From Ophelia neglecta (lineage: Eukaryota): 64,000 bases of DNA. The stretch covers positions 112,778,001-112,842,000 of the forward strand of contig OZ260663.1 of the NCBI GenBank assembly GCA_965285935.1, written 5' to 3'. Below the pieces are notes generated by a model. It was not told where the DNA came from. It ran no database searches and worked only from the letters and a program-made list of their open reading frames with translations. A program made the translations under genes and the position numbers. Below, in pieces: positions 1-13,100 of the stretch (positions within the stretch are counted from its first letter, which is position 1; each line of letters opens with the position of its first letter).

Positions 1-820
1 TCCCATTTATATTAATATTCAACGCGGATTCAAATGCGAACTTACGAAGCTTAAAACCATTTGGTTTCGTGGCAAATATGTTTACAATTACAAGATATAA
101 ATATTCCGTATTATAAACAAACATACCTGCCCAGCCTAGCAGGTACTTTTGTGAAAGGTAACCGGAGTAGAAATGTATTTAATTGAGTTTTGTAATTTCC
201 GCTTCAAACATGTCTTAAACAATCTAATGGGAAGCTGCTAGATACCTGGGAGGCAATATCATTGGTGCTCACATATTACCACAAGCAATTCAAAAGGATT
301 GACGTGTCAGGATGTCACCCCAGGTGGACAGCACGAAGCTAAGTACATCCAATCATCAGACAAAGAGGCTTGTGAATATTAAGGAGATAAGTGCCAGATT
401 AACCTATAACACAATTTACAACACAGATAGCCTTCTTACTATTGACTGTCTGTTTTGGGCGGCCTGGTGTAGAGGTCAAGAAACGAGATTATTGGAGAGC
501 AGATAGCGGTTGTCATACACGAGATGGCCGCTGTCAGACACCATATAACTGCTGTCTAACACCATATGACACCTAACAGACACCCGACGGTCCCTCTCAG
601 ACACCAGATAGCAGCTACAATACACCATATCATATGGATGCTAGCACATATGGGCCAGAGTCTACATAGTGAGGGTGTGATATGACCATTCTAATTAAAC
701 ACCCTTCAGTCAAACTCTTACAGATTATCAAGGACTGAATAAACTCCACGGACACCGCCCGAAACAGAACATTTTCAGGATATGGCAAATTATAATGTAA
801 AGAAAAACTATTCAACGTTC
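1..820 (-). repeat. Paralogous copy of the receptor-family first-intron region (closest to 57599-58246), cut off where the leader exon would begin
   Basis: Near-colinear with 57599-58246 (tcccatttatattaatattcaacgcggattc ... aaaaactattcaacgtt) and related to 17380-18710 and 55705-56615. Contains 21-bp-period cagacaccagatgg subrepeats. Confidence 0.8.
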
Positions 821-1448
821 CCGTTCAAGCTTAATACCAAAAGAGCAACACTGCTCAATTGCACCAAGTGAAATGAAATGTACATAATAAAATGAAATAA
901 CGTGTATCAATATATTTCTATAGCATTTTTTCTTACGTATCTCTTCTGCATTTCGTTTACCTGGATATATGTCCTCCATTCACAGGGGTGAAAAGGTGTC
1001 AGAGACGAGCTAGCATACAGTCGGTTTTTATACCACTCGGTCTCGACCCGGGATGACCAACAAAGATCGTCATTGAGGCATAAGTGCAGGCCGAAGTATC
1101 ACATAGACGTTAAAAAGATAAACTACAGGCTCCGACATGCCAAATCTGCCCCGTGTATGGACTAAGCACTCTTGTATCGCAGACTAAAGATACTGAAGAG
1201 GTCCTCCGTCGGCACCAAAGTGATACTGTACACCGATGATGAGACCTGCCACGGGGAGTATCAATTGGGCACATTCTCGTGGATGCTCAAAACTAATCAA
1301 TGTCAAGACAAAGTTCGTCCTCTTTGTAATGAAGTGGAAGATCGGACTTTCTCCTCCGTTTTTTCCACTTTCATCATCAGCGGAAATTACTAGACGGTGC
1401 TTTATGGATAAAGGACCGTGCCAGTCCCATGAGTGCGCCCCAATATAA

Positions 1449-1521
1449 TTACGCATTTTCATTATCCAAATATACGCAAGCATCCGCAGGTCCGTAACAT
1501 GGCCGTGTGACTGTAGCATTA
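1449..1521. mobile_element. Orphan right end of a second copy of the same Harbinger-like element
   Basis: About 70 bp nearly identical to 2673-2741, ending in the TIR followed by TTA. Confidence 0.7.
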
Positions 1522-1563
1522 CATGGGATGGACGCAGCTGTTTACGGATCCTTGGGTAGCTAA

Positions 1564-2741
1564 TGCTACAGTCACACGGCCACTTACGGAAACTACGGAT
1601 GCTTACGGATAAAAATCCGTAAACATCCGCAAGGATACGTATCATCCGTAAGCATCCGTATCCATCCGTAACCCAATGCGCAGTATCCGCAGACATACGC
1701 ATATCCGCAGCAGGAATTTTGAAAATCTCAAAACTATGCTGCGGATGTAATATACGTAAGCATCCGCAGAATATACGTTAGCCATGCGTAAAATACGTTA
1801 GCCGTACGTAAAATACGTAACCCATACGTAAGATACGTAAAGTCATCCGCAGGTTACGTAAGATACGTAACTGATCCGCATCACTGTCTTCATGGGAATC
1901 TGAAAAGAAACAGATGACAACGTTTTAAACAAAATTGGATAAAGCAGCAAGTCTTAACCTGAAAGTGATATTATTCATTATAACCTGAAACGTAATGAAA
2001 ATGTGACTAATAATAAATGCTGCCATCGACCTGGGAATATGAGGCCCACCCCCATCCCCCGGCCAAACCCCAAAAAAATCCCCACCCTCCAGTCCAATCC
2101 CAAAAAGTTTTTAATTTATAGGATTATTTGACAATTTTAAGAGCCTAGAAAAGCTGAGAAAAGTTTAAATCCATTGCCCTCATTTAACTCCAAAAATCAC
2201 CATTTTCAAATAGGCACTTATTGGCACAAAAAAGTGGCACTAAAGAAGATGAGATGTTTTTTTTTACCTCTACGCTTCCTCTTGTCCCTTGCCTTGCTCT
2301 TTTGGCCACGTCCCTTGCCACGGCCATGTTTGGGGGTGGCGGTACTTGATGACATACGACTGAAGCAAGCTCCGATCCGCGTCGGTTTATATGCGGATGG
2401 TGCGGAAGCCAGTGGAAGCCGACGTGCGCAGACACAAGTGTAACTCATCTTTATCGTCCGTAAGTCATCCGTAAAATCCGTAAGTCATCCGTAAAATCCG
2501 TAAATCATCCGTAAGTCGTCCGTGACATGTGTCAGCGGGTTGGCAGCGGATGGGCTCATCCGCAGGTTTTACCCGTAACATCCGTAAGTTATACGCAACA
2601 TACGCAACTAATCCGTACCGTCCGCAGATTATGGTAACTTTTTCTCAAACTTCCCTTATTTGGGGTAAAAAATACGCATTTTCATTATCCAAATATACGC
2701 AGGCATCCGCAGGTCCGAAACATGGCCGTGTGACTGTAGCA
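1564..2741. mobile_element. Non-autonomous PIF/Harbinger-like DNA transposon (MITE-type)
   Basis: 19-bp TIRs tgctacagtcacacggcca (1564-1582) and tggccgtgtgactgtagca (2723-2741), flanked by a TAA duplication (1561-1563, 2742-2744). Subterminal atccgta/tacgta arrays. A 3-bp TAA/TTA TSD is typical of PIF/Harbinger. Confidence 0.75.
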
Positions 2742-3639
2742 TAACGTACAAGCCGCAGTGTATTACGTAGGCGAGTGCTGAGACTAGGCTTGTGTAAATT
2801 GTAAATGGAACATCACAGTTAGCGGTACCGACCACAACACATCTAAACGTTCCCGTTTTGATCAATCAATGGAAGAAGATGCCATACAAATGTACGGCAA
2901 TGGAAGGTGCTTATTATAGTACCATTATGCCGAGTATCATCCTTACAACAAATTTAGTGGAAGCCTCTCATTCTCTTAAAAGTATCTTTGTTTTTTTGTA
3001 TCACTTATAATTTCTGAAATTTAAATTTTGTAACAACATTATATACACATGTGTTAATCAAACATTTCTGACTCTTCACAATGAATCAGTCTGCACTTTT
3101 CATCGATCTCCACCCCTAGACGCACCCTTACCCCATCAGTCCCTATCCTACATGCCTAAACAATTTTCATACATCAACAGCATGTTCTTCACTAAATCCC
3201 ATGTTCAGCTCTTTCCCGACACTCATTGTACTAGATAAGAGATTGCCAACCGGCTGGCCCCGTATACCCAGGAACGGAGCACGTGTTCTCGAGACAGCAC
3301 TCTGCATGAGCAGCTGTTACTGTCCTTTCTACTTATGCTTGTCGTTTTCTCATATTGAGAGTCAATACAAAAGTGTAAATTGGACTCCACAGAATACCCC
3401 ACATGTACGAAACTCAAATATTATCATAGTACTTTTCCTCAAAAGAACAATATTCTTAGAAAAAAAGAAATTGCAATACCTCTCATTTTCCTAATTTCAG
3501 AAATGATAAGAGAAATACATGGTTTTCATTCAATGATACAATTAAAAGAGCAAGCAAGTAGTACACTTAAAAAGGATTTAACATTAATGTTGGCTAGAAT
3601 CTTTACCAGACCAATTAAAGCCGAAATCACTGTGGCCTT

Positions 3640-3750
3640 GATATTTTTTGTCATCCAATGTTTTCAAATATATTTCCTTGGAGATTACGAAGCCACTTAC
3701 TAGAATAATTAATCGGTCACTTTCAACTGGCATCTTTCCAGATGACTACA
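3640..3750 (+). mobile_element. Short CR1-like LINE RT fragment
   Basis: Peptide ITKPLTRIINRSLSTGIFPD matches the RT domain-0 region of CR1-type LINEs. Confidence 0.55.
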
Positions 3751-3859
3751 CATGTACACTCAAAACAATAAGGTTGGATAATTTAATAAGGCTATCATCT
3801 GATATACAATCTATTAAGAATTGTATGAATGTTTTCAAAGACTTAAGTTAAACCTGGCC

Positions 3860-4860
3860 AAGACTTAAGCAATTTGGCTTGCCATAAATAGAAATAATCC
3901 TAACTACTCTGAAGGAGTTAGGTTTACTGGTGGCTGTGTTTGATGCCTAGGCCTATGACAAATTAAAATGTTATAAAAAATAATTGGTTAAACAAAATAT
4001 ATGCCCTGAGGAACTGTCTACGAGTATGGAGAAGCAGAGAACTAACATAATGTGGAAAAATAACTATTGTTATAAGCTTATGGATGTATAATTGGTATAT
4101 AATTTTGCTGTGTTAAGTGTGCCAACTGATGATTATTGTAGAGGTAAATAGAATTATTTGTGGGTTTGTATGGAACAAAACTTAAAAGAAATACTTTAAT
4201 TGGCTCTCATGAAGAAGGTGGGTTAAAAATGATTGATATTGTCTCTACGGTGAATGCCTTGAAGGTAGCTGTATACGAAGGCTTGTTTACTCTAATCATA
4301 CAGCTAGTGCTAGTGCTGATTTCACAAATTTAAGTAAGTTACAAAGGATAAATCGCTTCTATATGGATTGCATTACATCTTTCAACAAATGTAAACCTAT
4401 ATTAACCCCATATAAGCTGTGTGTATACAAATATCTGTCAATTTGGTGTAACTATTCAAATTTAAAGGAAAAAACATTACTCTTCAAACAAAAGTAGTGG
4501 TTTTATTTGGGACAAAGATCTGTATGATGATAATTGTGACTTCCTGGAAGATGGTGTTATTTACACCAGGTTAACTAATAAACAAAACTGGATTTCTGAA
4601 TTGAAAATTATCAAAAAGGAATAAAATTGTCCTCTAGTAATGTGAATTTGTGTATTGCCCAAAGTATTGCCATCAATATAGACACAATTATTTTTCTTGT
4701 AAATAAAACTATATATACTGTTGAACATCAAAAATATAATTTTTTCTATAAGGCACTCATACTATAGAAATTTCAAAAACCTATTGGTGGAAGTGTATGG
4801 CAGAGAGAATATAAAATGGAACCCTCTACGTCGGTTACAAATCAATTGAGAAGAGTGTTT
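3860..4860 (+). mobile_element. Degenerate L1/Tx1-like LINE ORF2 3' remnant
   Basis: EEGGLKMIDI motif at 4211-4240, preceded by NYLW; many stops and frameshifts. Confidence 0.55.
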
Positions 4861-5075
4861 AAAGAAAATTCTTAAACCACGAAATTCAAACACATCCATC
4901 GACAATAAAATCAATTATTAGTACTAGAGCCCAACCTCGATAATTTGTAATATTATCGCATTCATTACCAATATAAGCTCAATCAAGAGTAAATTTAACA
5001 CATAACAATGTAAAGTCACTAATTAGCGATATATTCTTTGTTAATTATACGATCCAAAACATAATCACTCGTCCA

Positions 5076-7135
5076 CTAAATGTTCTGATATTCTGCGTGG
5101 CTATCGTGGTAATATATGGCCAACTCGTGTAGATAGCCATATTGGGCCTGTGGAAAGGATAGAAATTAACTCAGCATATATGATCACTAAGTATAATTCT
5201 AGAGAGTAGAGTATTGTTAAAAGCTTGTAAGAAGGACACGATACTTCATTTAAATCATTTTACGAGCTTAAAATTATGACTTTATTTATTATTTTCGTAA
5301 ACCTTACCACTAAGTCAATGAATTGAGACCTATTACTGGCAATGCGCCGCACTGTATTAAATACATTCAGTTCGTGGTCAGCGACCATCTTTTGTATCAG
5401 ATAGGAGGCAGCACAGAACAGACCGCATCTAGTGGCGCCATCTCTATCAAAAAATGTGTAATTGAAGAGGCTATCACAATATAACATAAATATAATTTCA
5501 ATAAAAAAGGGAATGTATATCGGATATTATCAGGATCCACAAGCTGCAGAACGACAAAAAAGGTCACAGGCAGAAATGGCATTGCATTATTGGACATGAT
5601 AGATAGATAGTTTGTCTACTAACAGACACTGAACTACTGTAGTCTTATTGGAGGCCTCCAACCTCCAGGTCTCCACCCGGTCGTACAGATTGACATAGGC
5701 CGCTTTGGTCGGGAGGTCTCTTGACTGAGGCCAGTCAAACATCTCAAACTGTGTGACTATACGAGCCTTTTCTCGGGTCTATAATATATAATATAATGTA
5801 ATAATATAATATTTATTGCCAAAGGTTCACAAAGGATCAAACACAAAGGAATAAACAACTAGATAAAGTAACAAACTAATATGAACATAATAAAACAAGT
5901 CCATATGATATTGAACCCCTGACATTTGGGGCAGAAGCAGAGGTTATTGGCCCCAAATAATGACATGTAATAATTTAGTGCAGAAGGTGCAAAAAAAGGC
6001 TCATAAACAATTATATACTTAGAAAGTACAAATTAATAGTGGGAAAATAAAACATAAATAACAATGTCCCTTTTAGTACATATACAGAAATCAAGCAATC
6101 TGACTACCAGAGTTAAGAAGAAAAAAATTTACACTGTGTTTGAAAGATGGCAGAGAACAATTGAAATAAATCAAAGTATGAAATGAATTGTAAGTTAAGA
6201 CCCCTTGATATTTGACAGTTCTATGAAATTATAGTTAAAAAAAATTACATTATAGTGATTAAGATCAAACTAGATGAGGAGAAACTATTTGCAATTGTGT
6301 TGAAGTAGGATTACATTACTGTTAACTAACCTTTCTGGTGTTGAGTAGTGCGAACTCTCGCGTGGAGACATCCGTCGTGTTGTTCTCCTTGACAAGCGTT
6401 ACCTCAAACGGACCAAACGTCATGTTCGAGTTGACACTTTGTGGCCAATACACTGGGCAGGTCTATTCAATGAAATGGTACAGAACTGTGAGAGATAGTT
6501 GGGCATTACATGCAATGTCATATTATATAGTTATAGGACTTAACCGACCTCGTCCAGAATATCCTCATTTTGAAGCAGCACGATGCATCCACATTCATGG
6601 TCATATATCAGCCTCCAAAAGTCTACGATGGTGTTTGGGAGCGGCATCTGGGTCGCTATCAGACCCTTTTCCATCCTGTAAGTCTATAAAAATACACACA
6701 GATATACATGTGTTGTTATTGTGTTCAGGTTAAAAATAAGACATGTTATAATGGAGGTTAGCAGCACTGGCTGATTGTAAAGCTGTTTTAGAACTTACGT
6801 CTAAGAACACAGCGTTGATGTAGTCATTACCATCGTCAGTTCTGGTAGAGAGAAATGGTCGAGAGCCGCCTAAACAATGGATATTATGTAGTTAGCAGAG
6901 CAGCCCCTCTATATACTGTGTAGGTAAAACGTTGTGTACATAATATAGGGTGCTACATTGAAATTACTGACAAAACTGCATTTTATTAGGTCGAACGTAT
7001 TTGAGTTTCAAAACATAGCGTTAGATTCATTTTAAACATACCCGGCAGTATATCGCTGTCTCTATTCTTCGAGGGGTTTTCGTCGTTCACTGCGGACTCA
7101 TCAGGAGTACATTTACGACACATTTGTCTTAAGAC
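5076..7135 (-). CDS. PTP D2 (pseudophosphatase-type) domain exons and C-terminus
   Basis: KNRDSDILP, DYINAVF, ATQMPLPNTIVDFWRL, CPVYWP, FDWP, VVQCLDGATRCG, QYGYL...EYQNI-stop. Confidence 0.88.
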
Positions 7136-10100
7136 CTGTGGGAGAAAATAAAGCATAACAGTATGAGCTATATGAGTATGTTGAATTTGCTTTTTCCAGC
7201 AAGAAATAAAAGGAACCCCAGATGGTTCTGAGTGTGTAAAAGATCTATTTGAATAGCTGAGTGTGAAAATAGGCAAAGGCCCTTTGAAGATGAAAAAATA
7301 TAAAGGCCCTTCTGAAATAAGACAGTACATTATTTTACATATAAGGGGCCACTGACAACAGTATGAGCTATTTGAATATGTTGAATTTGCTTTCAAAATA
7401 AAGAAGGTAAATTTAACTACCGACGGTACTGAGAACGGGCTACTGACCTGGTATTGTTTCTCCAGAGCAGTTCTGCCCTTTACTTGTTTGGATGTCAGTT
7501 TTTGTAGACATCGCTCATGTTGGAATAAGGGATGAACGGGCCATCGCGGAATCGTGTTGCCTCGACAATAGCTTCGTACACAAACTTGTACTGCTCCTTC
7601 AATCCAGCGCAAATAAATGGACGTTTATTTTTATTTTGCTCATTATCCAGAAGAAAGACATTGGCGAATTTGCTCATAGCATTCAAGCGTACCGTAAGGT
7701 AAGGGAAAGTATATATTTAAAGCTATCTTGAACTGCGGTACTGGTTGGAATTGAACTATCGTTTTGCACACAATGCTAAAGTGTATTGAAATTATAATCA
7801 AATGACCCACTGGAGTTTGGATGACATGGCTCCTTTGCGACCTCATTTTCCTTAACAATGACAGCACGTCTATCTCTCCGTCTGTCGCCGCCTGCTGGAC
7901 CAACTGGTCTATCGCTATGAAAGTCCCGGTTCTTCCTACACCAGCGCTGTGGAAGGAGCAAAAACATTAAGAATTTAACTTTGTGATGAACTTCTCCATT
8001 GACCAATGCCATAACAGATTGCCGTTAAACACTGTTCAGGGTTGTATTGTCTTATTTAGTGTTATATATTGTACCTGCAGTGGACGATGAGCGGACCGCT
8101 GCTGACCATGTCGAAGGATCTGACCTTCCTCCCTGAAGGCGAGCAGAGGGTAGGTCTCGTCTGGAGCCAACTTGTCTGGCCACTTTGAAAACTGAAGGTG
8201 ATGCACGGTTCTGGTTTCTTCCTTATAACGTTTACAAAAACACAGGCAAACGGATTTAGTACAAATATATGCTACTATAGCACATACTAAAACATCGAAC
8301 ATAAATTGGACAAAAATACCTACTCCTTTGATTACCTGCATTATCCTCAAAGCATATTCAGTAAAAACGTCACAACTAACGACTCGAACAGTGAAATGTC
8401 CAAACTTTTTTTCCGCATCATGCACGTCTGACCAGTAATTGCCGCATTTTCTCTACAAATGTATTATACCAATCATCATTATTTTTGTGTTTGGATTCTT
8501 TTCCTGTAAGGTAATGTCGATGAAATGTCCTCATGGACATTAGCTTTCTATTTTTCCTCCATTTTCACCTTTATTCTGACATATTATTATACATTTTTTT
8601 GAAGCTTCTGACATAATCTTCATTTACATTACTCTCTTGGGTAAATGGAAGTTATTATATGGGAAGCTTTATGGTAGCAATATACAATTTGATTAAATAT
8701 ATCTTGCCATGGATGTACATACCACGCCGTTTTCTATTACTTTAGTGAGCATGACAATTCTGTTCGCCTTTAACTGCCACATCATTCTCCAGAAGTCAGT
8801 CAGAGTGTGAGGTGTTGGTGCTGTAGTAAAAGATTTGAAGGCGATAATGCTGAATACATATGAACTTTATTAACATACAGATATCCTACTCAAACACTTG
8901 GCAAACATCGCTAATTCCGTGTAAAGCTTGCAATGAATGTATTGTTTCTTATTTTAGTTGTAGTTGTATCAGTGTTATGGAAGTTATAAGTTGGTAATAG
9001 GCATATAGTTAAATACAAAACCAATGAATTTAATCTTACCTTGAGTGGCTACATATGCTTTATCTGTGTTCCCAGCACCCTGGAATTAAGGGTTGCCGAG
9101 AGTAATACAAGGGAAAAGTTGTAGAACTATCACTGAACTAGTAAAGAAATATCAATCAGGAAGTTTTGTTCGGTTATAAAACAATACTAGATGGGTTACT
9201 GTGAGGAAGTTAGCGTTGATGTAGTCCGTCGTGGATACTGTGGAATCATCTTCAACATCCAATACAACTCTGGTCTTGTCGTCTGGAAGTAAGATGTTAA
9301 TTATGTTGAACATCACCCCATTTCGTCTCAAGCCTTCATTACGGAGAGCTTTCAAACTTTAAATCGACACTCCTTACATGATTTGATATTCTTGAATCTA
9401 TCCTTGTCTTTATTTTCAGCTTTTACTGCTGCTAAACACGGGAAGGGATATTCTACGAGGACGGACTGAAATATAACGACAGTTAGAAAACACGTACTGC
9501 TATCTTATCTAATAGAAAGCTGGATGACAATAATATTTATGATATTACCTCAAATTCCAATTGGAAAAAGTCCATCTTAGACTTTTCCACTACAAATGAT
9601 CTAAGGTCTTTAATCTTTATGGCAGTTGATTTAAATCTAACGACCCCAAAGTTCTGATACATCCGGTCAGATTCCTCATTATCGCCTTGATCTGCTACCT
9701 CAAGCCCAATGTCTCCCAGGTCGTCTTCCTCGGAGTCTTCTGCGGCGTCCGGATTGTCTACATTATCAAAAACGCTCGATTTTGATGAGACAATATTCCC
9801 AACATATAGAATAAACCTATTCATCGTTTATACTTAACATATTCTCACAAAAGACGTGTGTATTTACTACCACCTTACCGTCTGCCGGTCCTACCCGTTC
9901 TTCTCCCGAGCTAGATCGGTTTTTCTTTTCTTTTCGCTTAGAACTGCGTCTGTTGGAAAACATTCACTGATTCTGTTGTAAAGTTATTCTAAGTTGATCA
10001 ATTCATAAAATGACATGCCAGTATTGACAATGAAAAACGTGCACGTTGAGTGCCACTTTATTGAAGGTAACTTCAAAAGCACACGAAGTGTGTATAAAAC

Positions 10101-13100
10101 TTATTGTTGATGATTGTATTACCTAAGAGTTATTAGGACGGCTGCAGTTATCCCGACACCGAGGAGGACAGTAAAGGCGACAGACGGTCCGGCGATGACT
10201 CCGACGTTCATACCTGGAGACGAGGTCGCTTTGACAGTGGAAGAGGAAGTCACTTCTGATATACTCCCTGACGGCCGTGCTGACGTCATTGCTGATGTCA
10301 ATTCTGACGTCATAGTTTATCAAAAGTTTGTTAACACAGAAATGTAGGAATTGAAAGTAGAAGATTACAATAAGAGGGCAGTTCTACTGTCATAATTCAA
10401 ACATGGTAGTGGTTTAAGGCAAACGATTATGTGTAATTCGATTCATGTTTACCTTGTAATGTTGTAACGTTGACCTCAGGGTATTTTCCACTCCCTTCGT
10501 ACACAGTGCCGTCTGTATACACCCTGTACACAGACAAGCCAAACTGGTATCTGGTCCAAGGCTCCAGTCCTACCACTAACACCTGCTGCTCGTCTGTTTT
10601 CCGGTGTGTAACGTTCTGTTCTCGGCTCCACTGGCTGTCATTGACCTTTCTGTAGACTTGGTAGCCAATATACGGAGCCACGTTATCTGAGATGGAGTCT
10701 GAGTAATGCCATTCTAGTATAACCGTGGTCGAGCTGGCTGCTGTTCCCGTCAGTCTAGTAATGGCTGTGTTTAGAACTTTGTCTGAAAGAGGAAGTGAAC
10801 AGGTTTGTATATTACGATTTAGACAAATCACGGCGTTGTAGCCCCTCAAAATGGCTACAAAAATGTCCGGTATTTCTGTGATTTCATGTGGTTAAGAAAG
10901 CCCCTTTTAAGTATGTGCAATTACTCGCTTGTTGCTATTGCACTATGACGCGTACCATCGAAGATAATGAATTTGAGTAAATAGAGATTGGCAATACAAA
11001 AAAAAAGTAACTACAACCTGGGTCCAAATATTACCAAACGAAGACTATCAACTACCCACATAGTCTTTACACGGTGAGGTCAAGTTATATAACGTTGTTC
11101 CTCCTAACTTACTTATTTGGATGTCACACCTGTCTCCCAGCCACCACACGTCTTTCTCGACATCAGTGATGTTTTTACATCCGTCGGTACAGACCCCAGA
11201 CACTCTATTACAAGGCGGGTCATTGTCCGGTTTACAGTGGTCACTACATCTGGCCTCACAACTCTTCCCATACCAACCAGATATGCAAGCTATAACATAT
11301 TTAATAATTTGATGTTATTGACCATATTAATTATTTCAATGTTTTAAAAGTCGTAAGGCGCAATGCCAAATTTCTGCGCCATTAACTATTGGAGATTTAA
11401 TATATAAGAGACCCACATCTTGTACAGTTCGGTAGTCTGGTTCCATTAGGACAACTATTGCAGCCATCGTAGTCGTCGCAGGTGGCCGGGGAAGGACAAT
11501 GGCTGCAATCTGATAAACATACATGAAAATATAATCATTTGGCGGGGGAAGGTTGGGAGTTGGTTATGGCTTGGTGAACCCGATCACGGGTCATTTTTAA
11601 AGTAAAGGCAGGCACTAAATGACTATTATTTAAAATATGGGTTGTCACTCAATACATGAATGAAAAAAAATTCGAATCCCAATAAATTAAAGTAGTAAAT
11701 CCGACTTCACATGAAATCGTACCCTTCGCAGCAAGACTAATTCTTATCGCATAGCTTCTCCGCATCACGCATGCTACAGGCGAAGAGAACGTAGCTGTGT
11801 ACTCTACTACGAAGGGAAATGAAATCGTAAATGTCATAATAAATCATGTCTTAATTTCAATATAGGAACAAGTTCATTCTAGGGTCACGGGAATAGTCTT
11901 AATGTCTCATCCTTAGGGTTTAAAACGTGCCCGATTCCAACGCCTCCACCCCTCCACCTTCTACAGAAAATATTGCCTCCCCTTTTCTCGAAGACAACGT
12001 GGGGATATCCGTTAGGCCTAGAGGGTAATGAGGCAAACCAACCACTCAGCCTACTACGCACTTTTTGTTTGGATGCAACTGGCCAAAAAATTGGATACAC
12101 ACACTATGTAACCGTTAATGATGTGCTTGCAACTAACATTGTTTTTGGATACTTTTTTACCAACCTACTACCATTGGTACTACAGTGACGAAATTTTCAC
12201 AACTATACTCGTGAGCGGGATGGAGCAAAAAGTAGTATAGGTACTGTCAAAAAGTAATATAGGTACTGGCAATTTTTTCCTTCGAGGGATGAAGCGCCTA
12301 TATTTGACTTTGACCTGATTATCTCTAATAAGTAATGAAAATATGTATTTGCATGGAATAATTAGGCATTAATGAAGTCTTGAATTAAAAGGTTGGTTTC
12401 AAATGTCGATAACACTGTTCCAAACCCCAAACCTTGTACTAAGATAAATCTAGGTCGCATTTCTATTACTCACCGACATATGATCTCCCAGTAACTACGA
12501 ACTCACAGATAACCAAGTAGCGAATGTTTTCTGACATTCTCTCGCTAACAAGGGCGACATATCTACCAGTCATAGTAGTTGTACAGTTGAGAGTGAGATT
12601 CCCTCCTCTGGTCACTGGGTCCTTGTGCCGTACACATACCCTACCATTTTTGATATCGGTTGTGTTACCGACAGTTATCCGGAATTTAGACATCCTATCT
12701 ACAAATGTAATGATATTGCATTAAGGTCCCGATTCATGGTCAACATGATTAACCATTTAAAACAATTAAAATGTTGAAATGTATACACATACAAGACACA
12801 TGGTGATCCACATTAAACAAGGTTACACTGTAGATCACGTGGGCAGTTCCCAGGTCGACATACCACCAGGCGGCACTGGGGTCACTGGAAGTTAAGTTAC
12901 CGGCCTGAGCACAATGATATTGGTTTGGGTCAGGATTTATGTCACCATCGACGGCCAAACCAGCTGTTGCTAGCCTGTTCTCCTCATACAGCCAAGCCCC
13001 TTTCTGGTGAGCATGCTGGCGGTAGGCGACGTTACCTGGAATAGTGATACCACAAGTGAGATGTGAAGAGAACCTTTAATGTTAATCACACTCCATACAT

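Noticed and set aside
1050-1450. Transposase remnant beside the Harbinger-like end
   Set aside because: No DDE or other recognisable motif in the frames I translated.
9758-9824. ORF-track extension MNRFILYVGNIVSSK as coding
   Set aside because: No phase-compatible AG upstream of 9757; treated as intron.
10281-10312. Two TGACGTCA CRE palindromes
   Set aside because: Explained by the Met-Thr-Ser repeats at the start of the stalk/TM exon.
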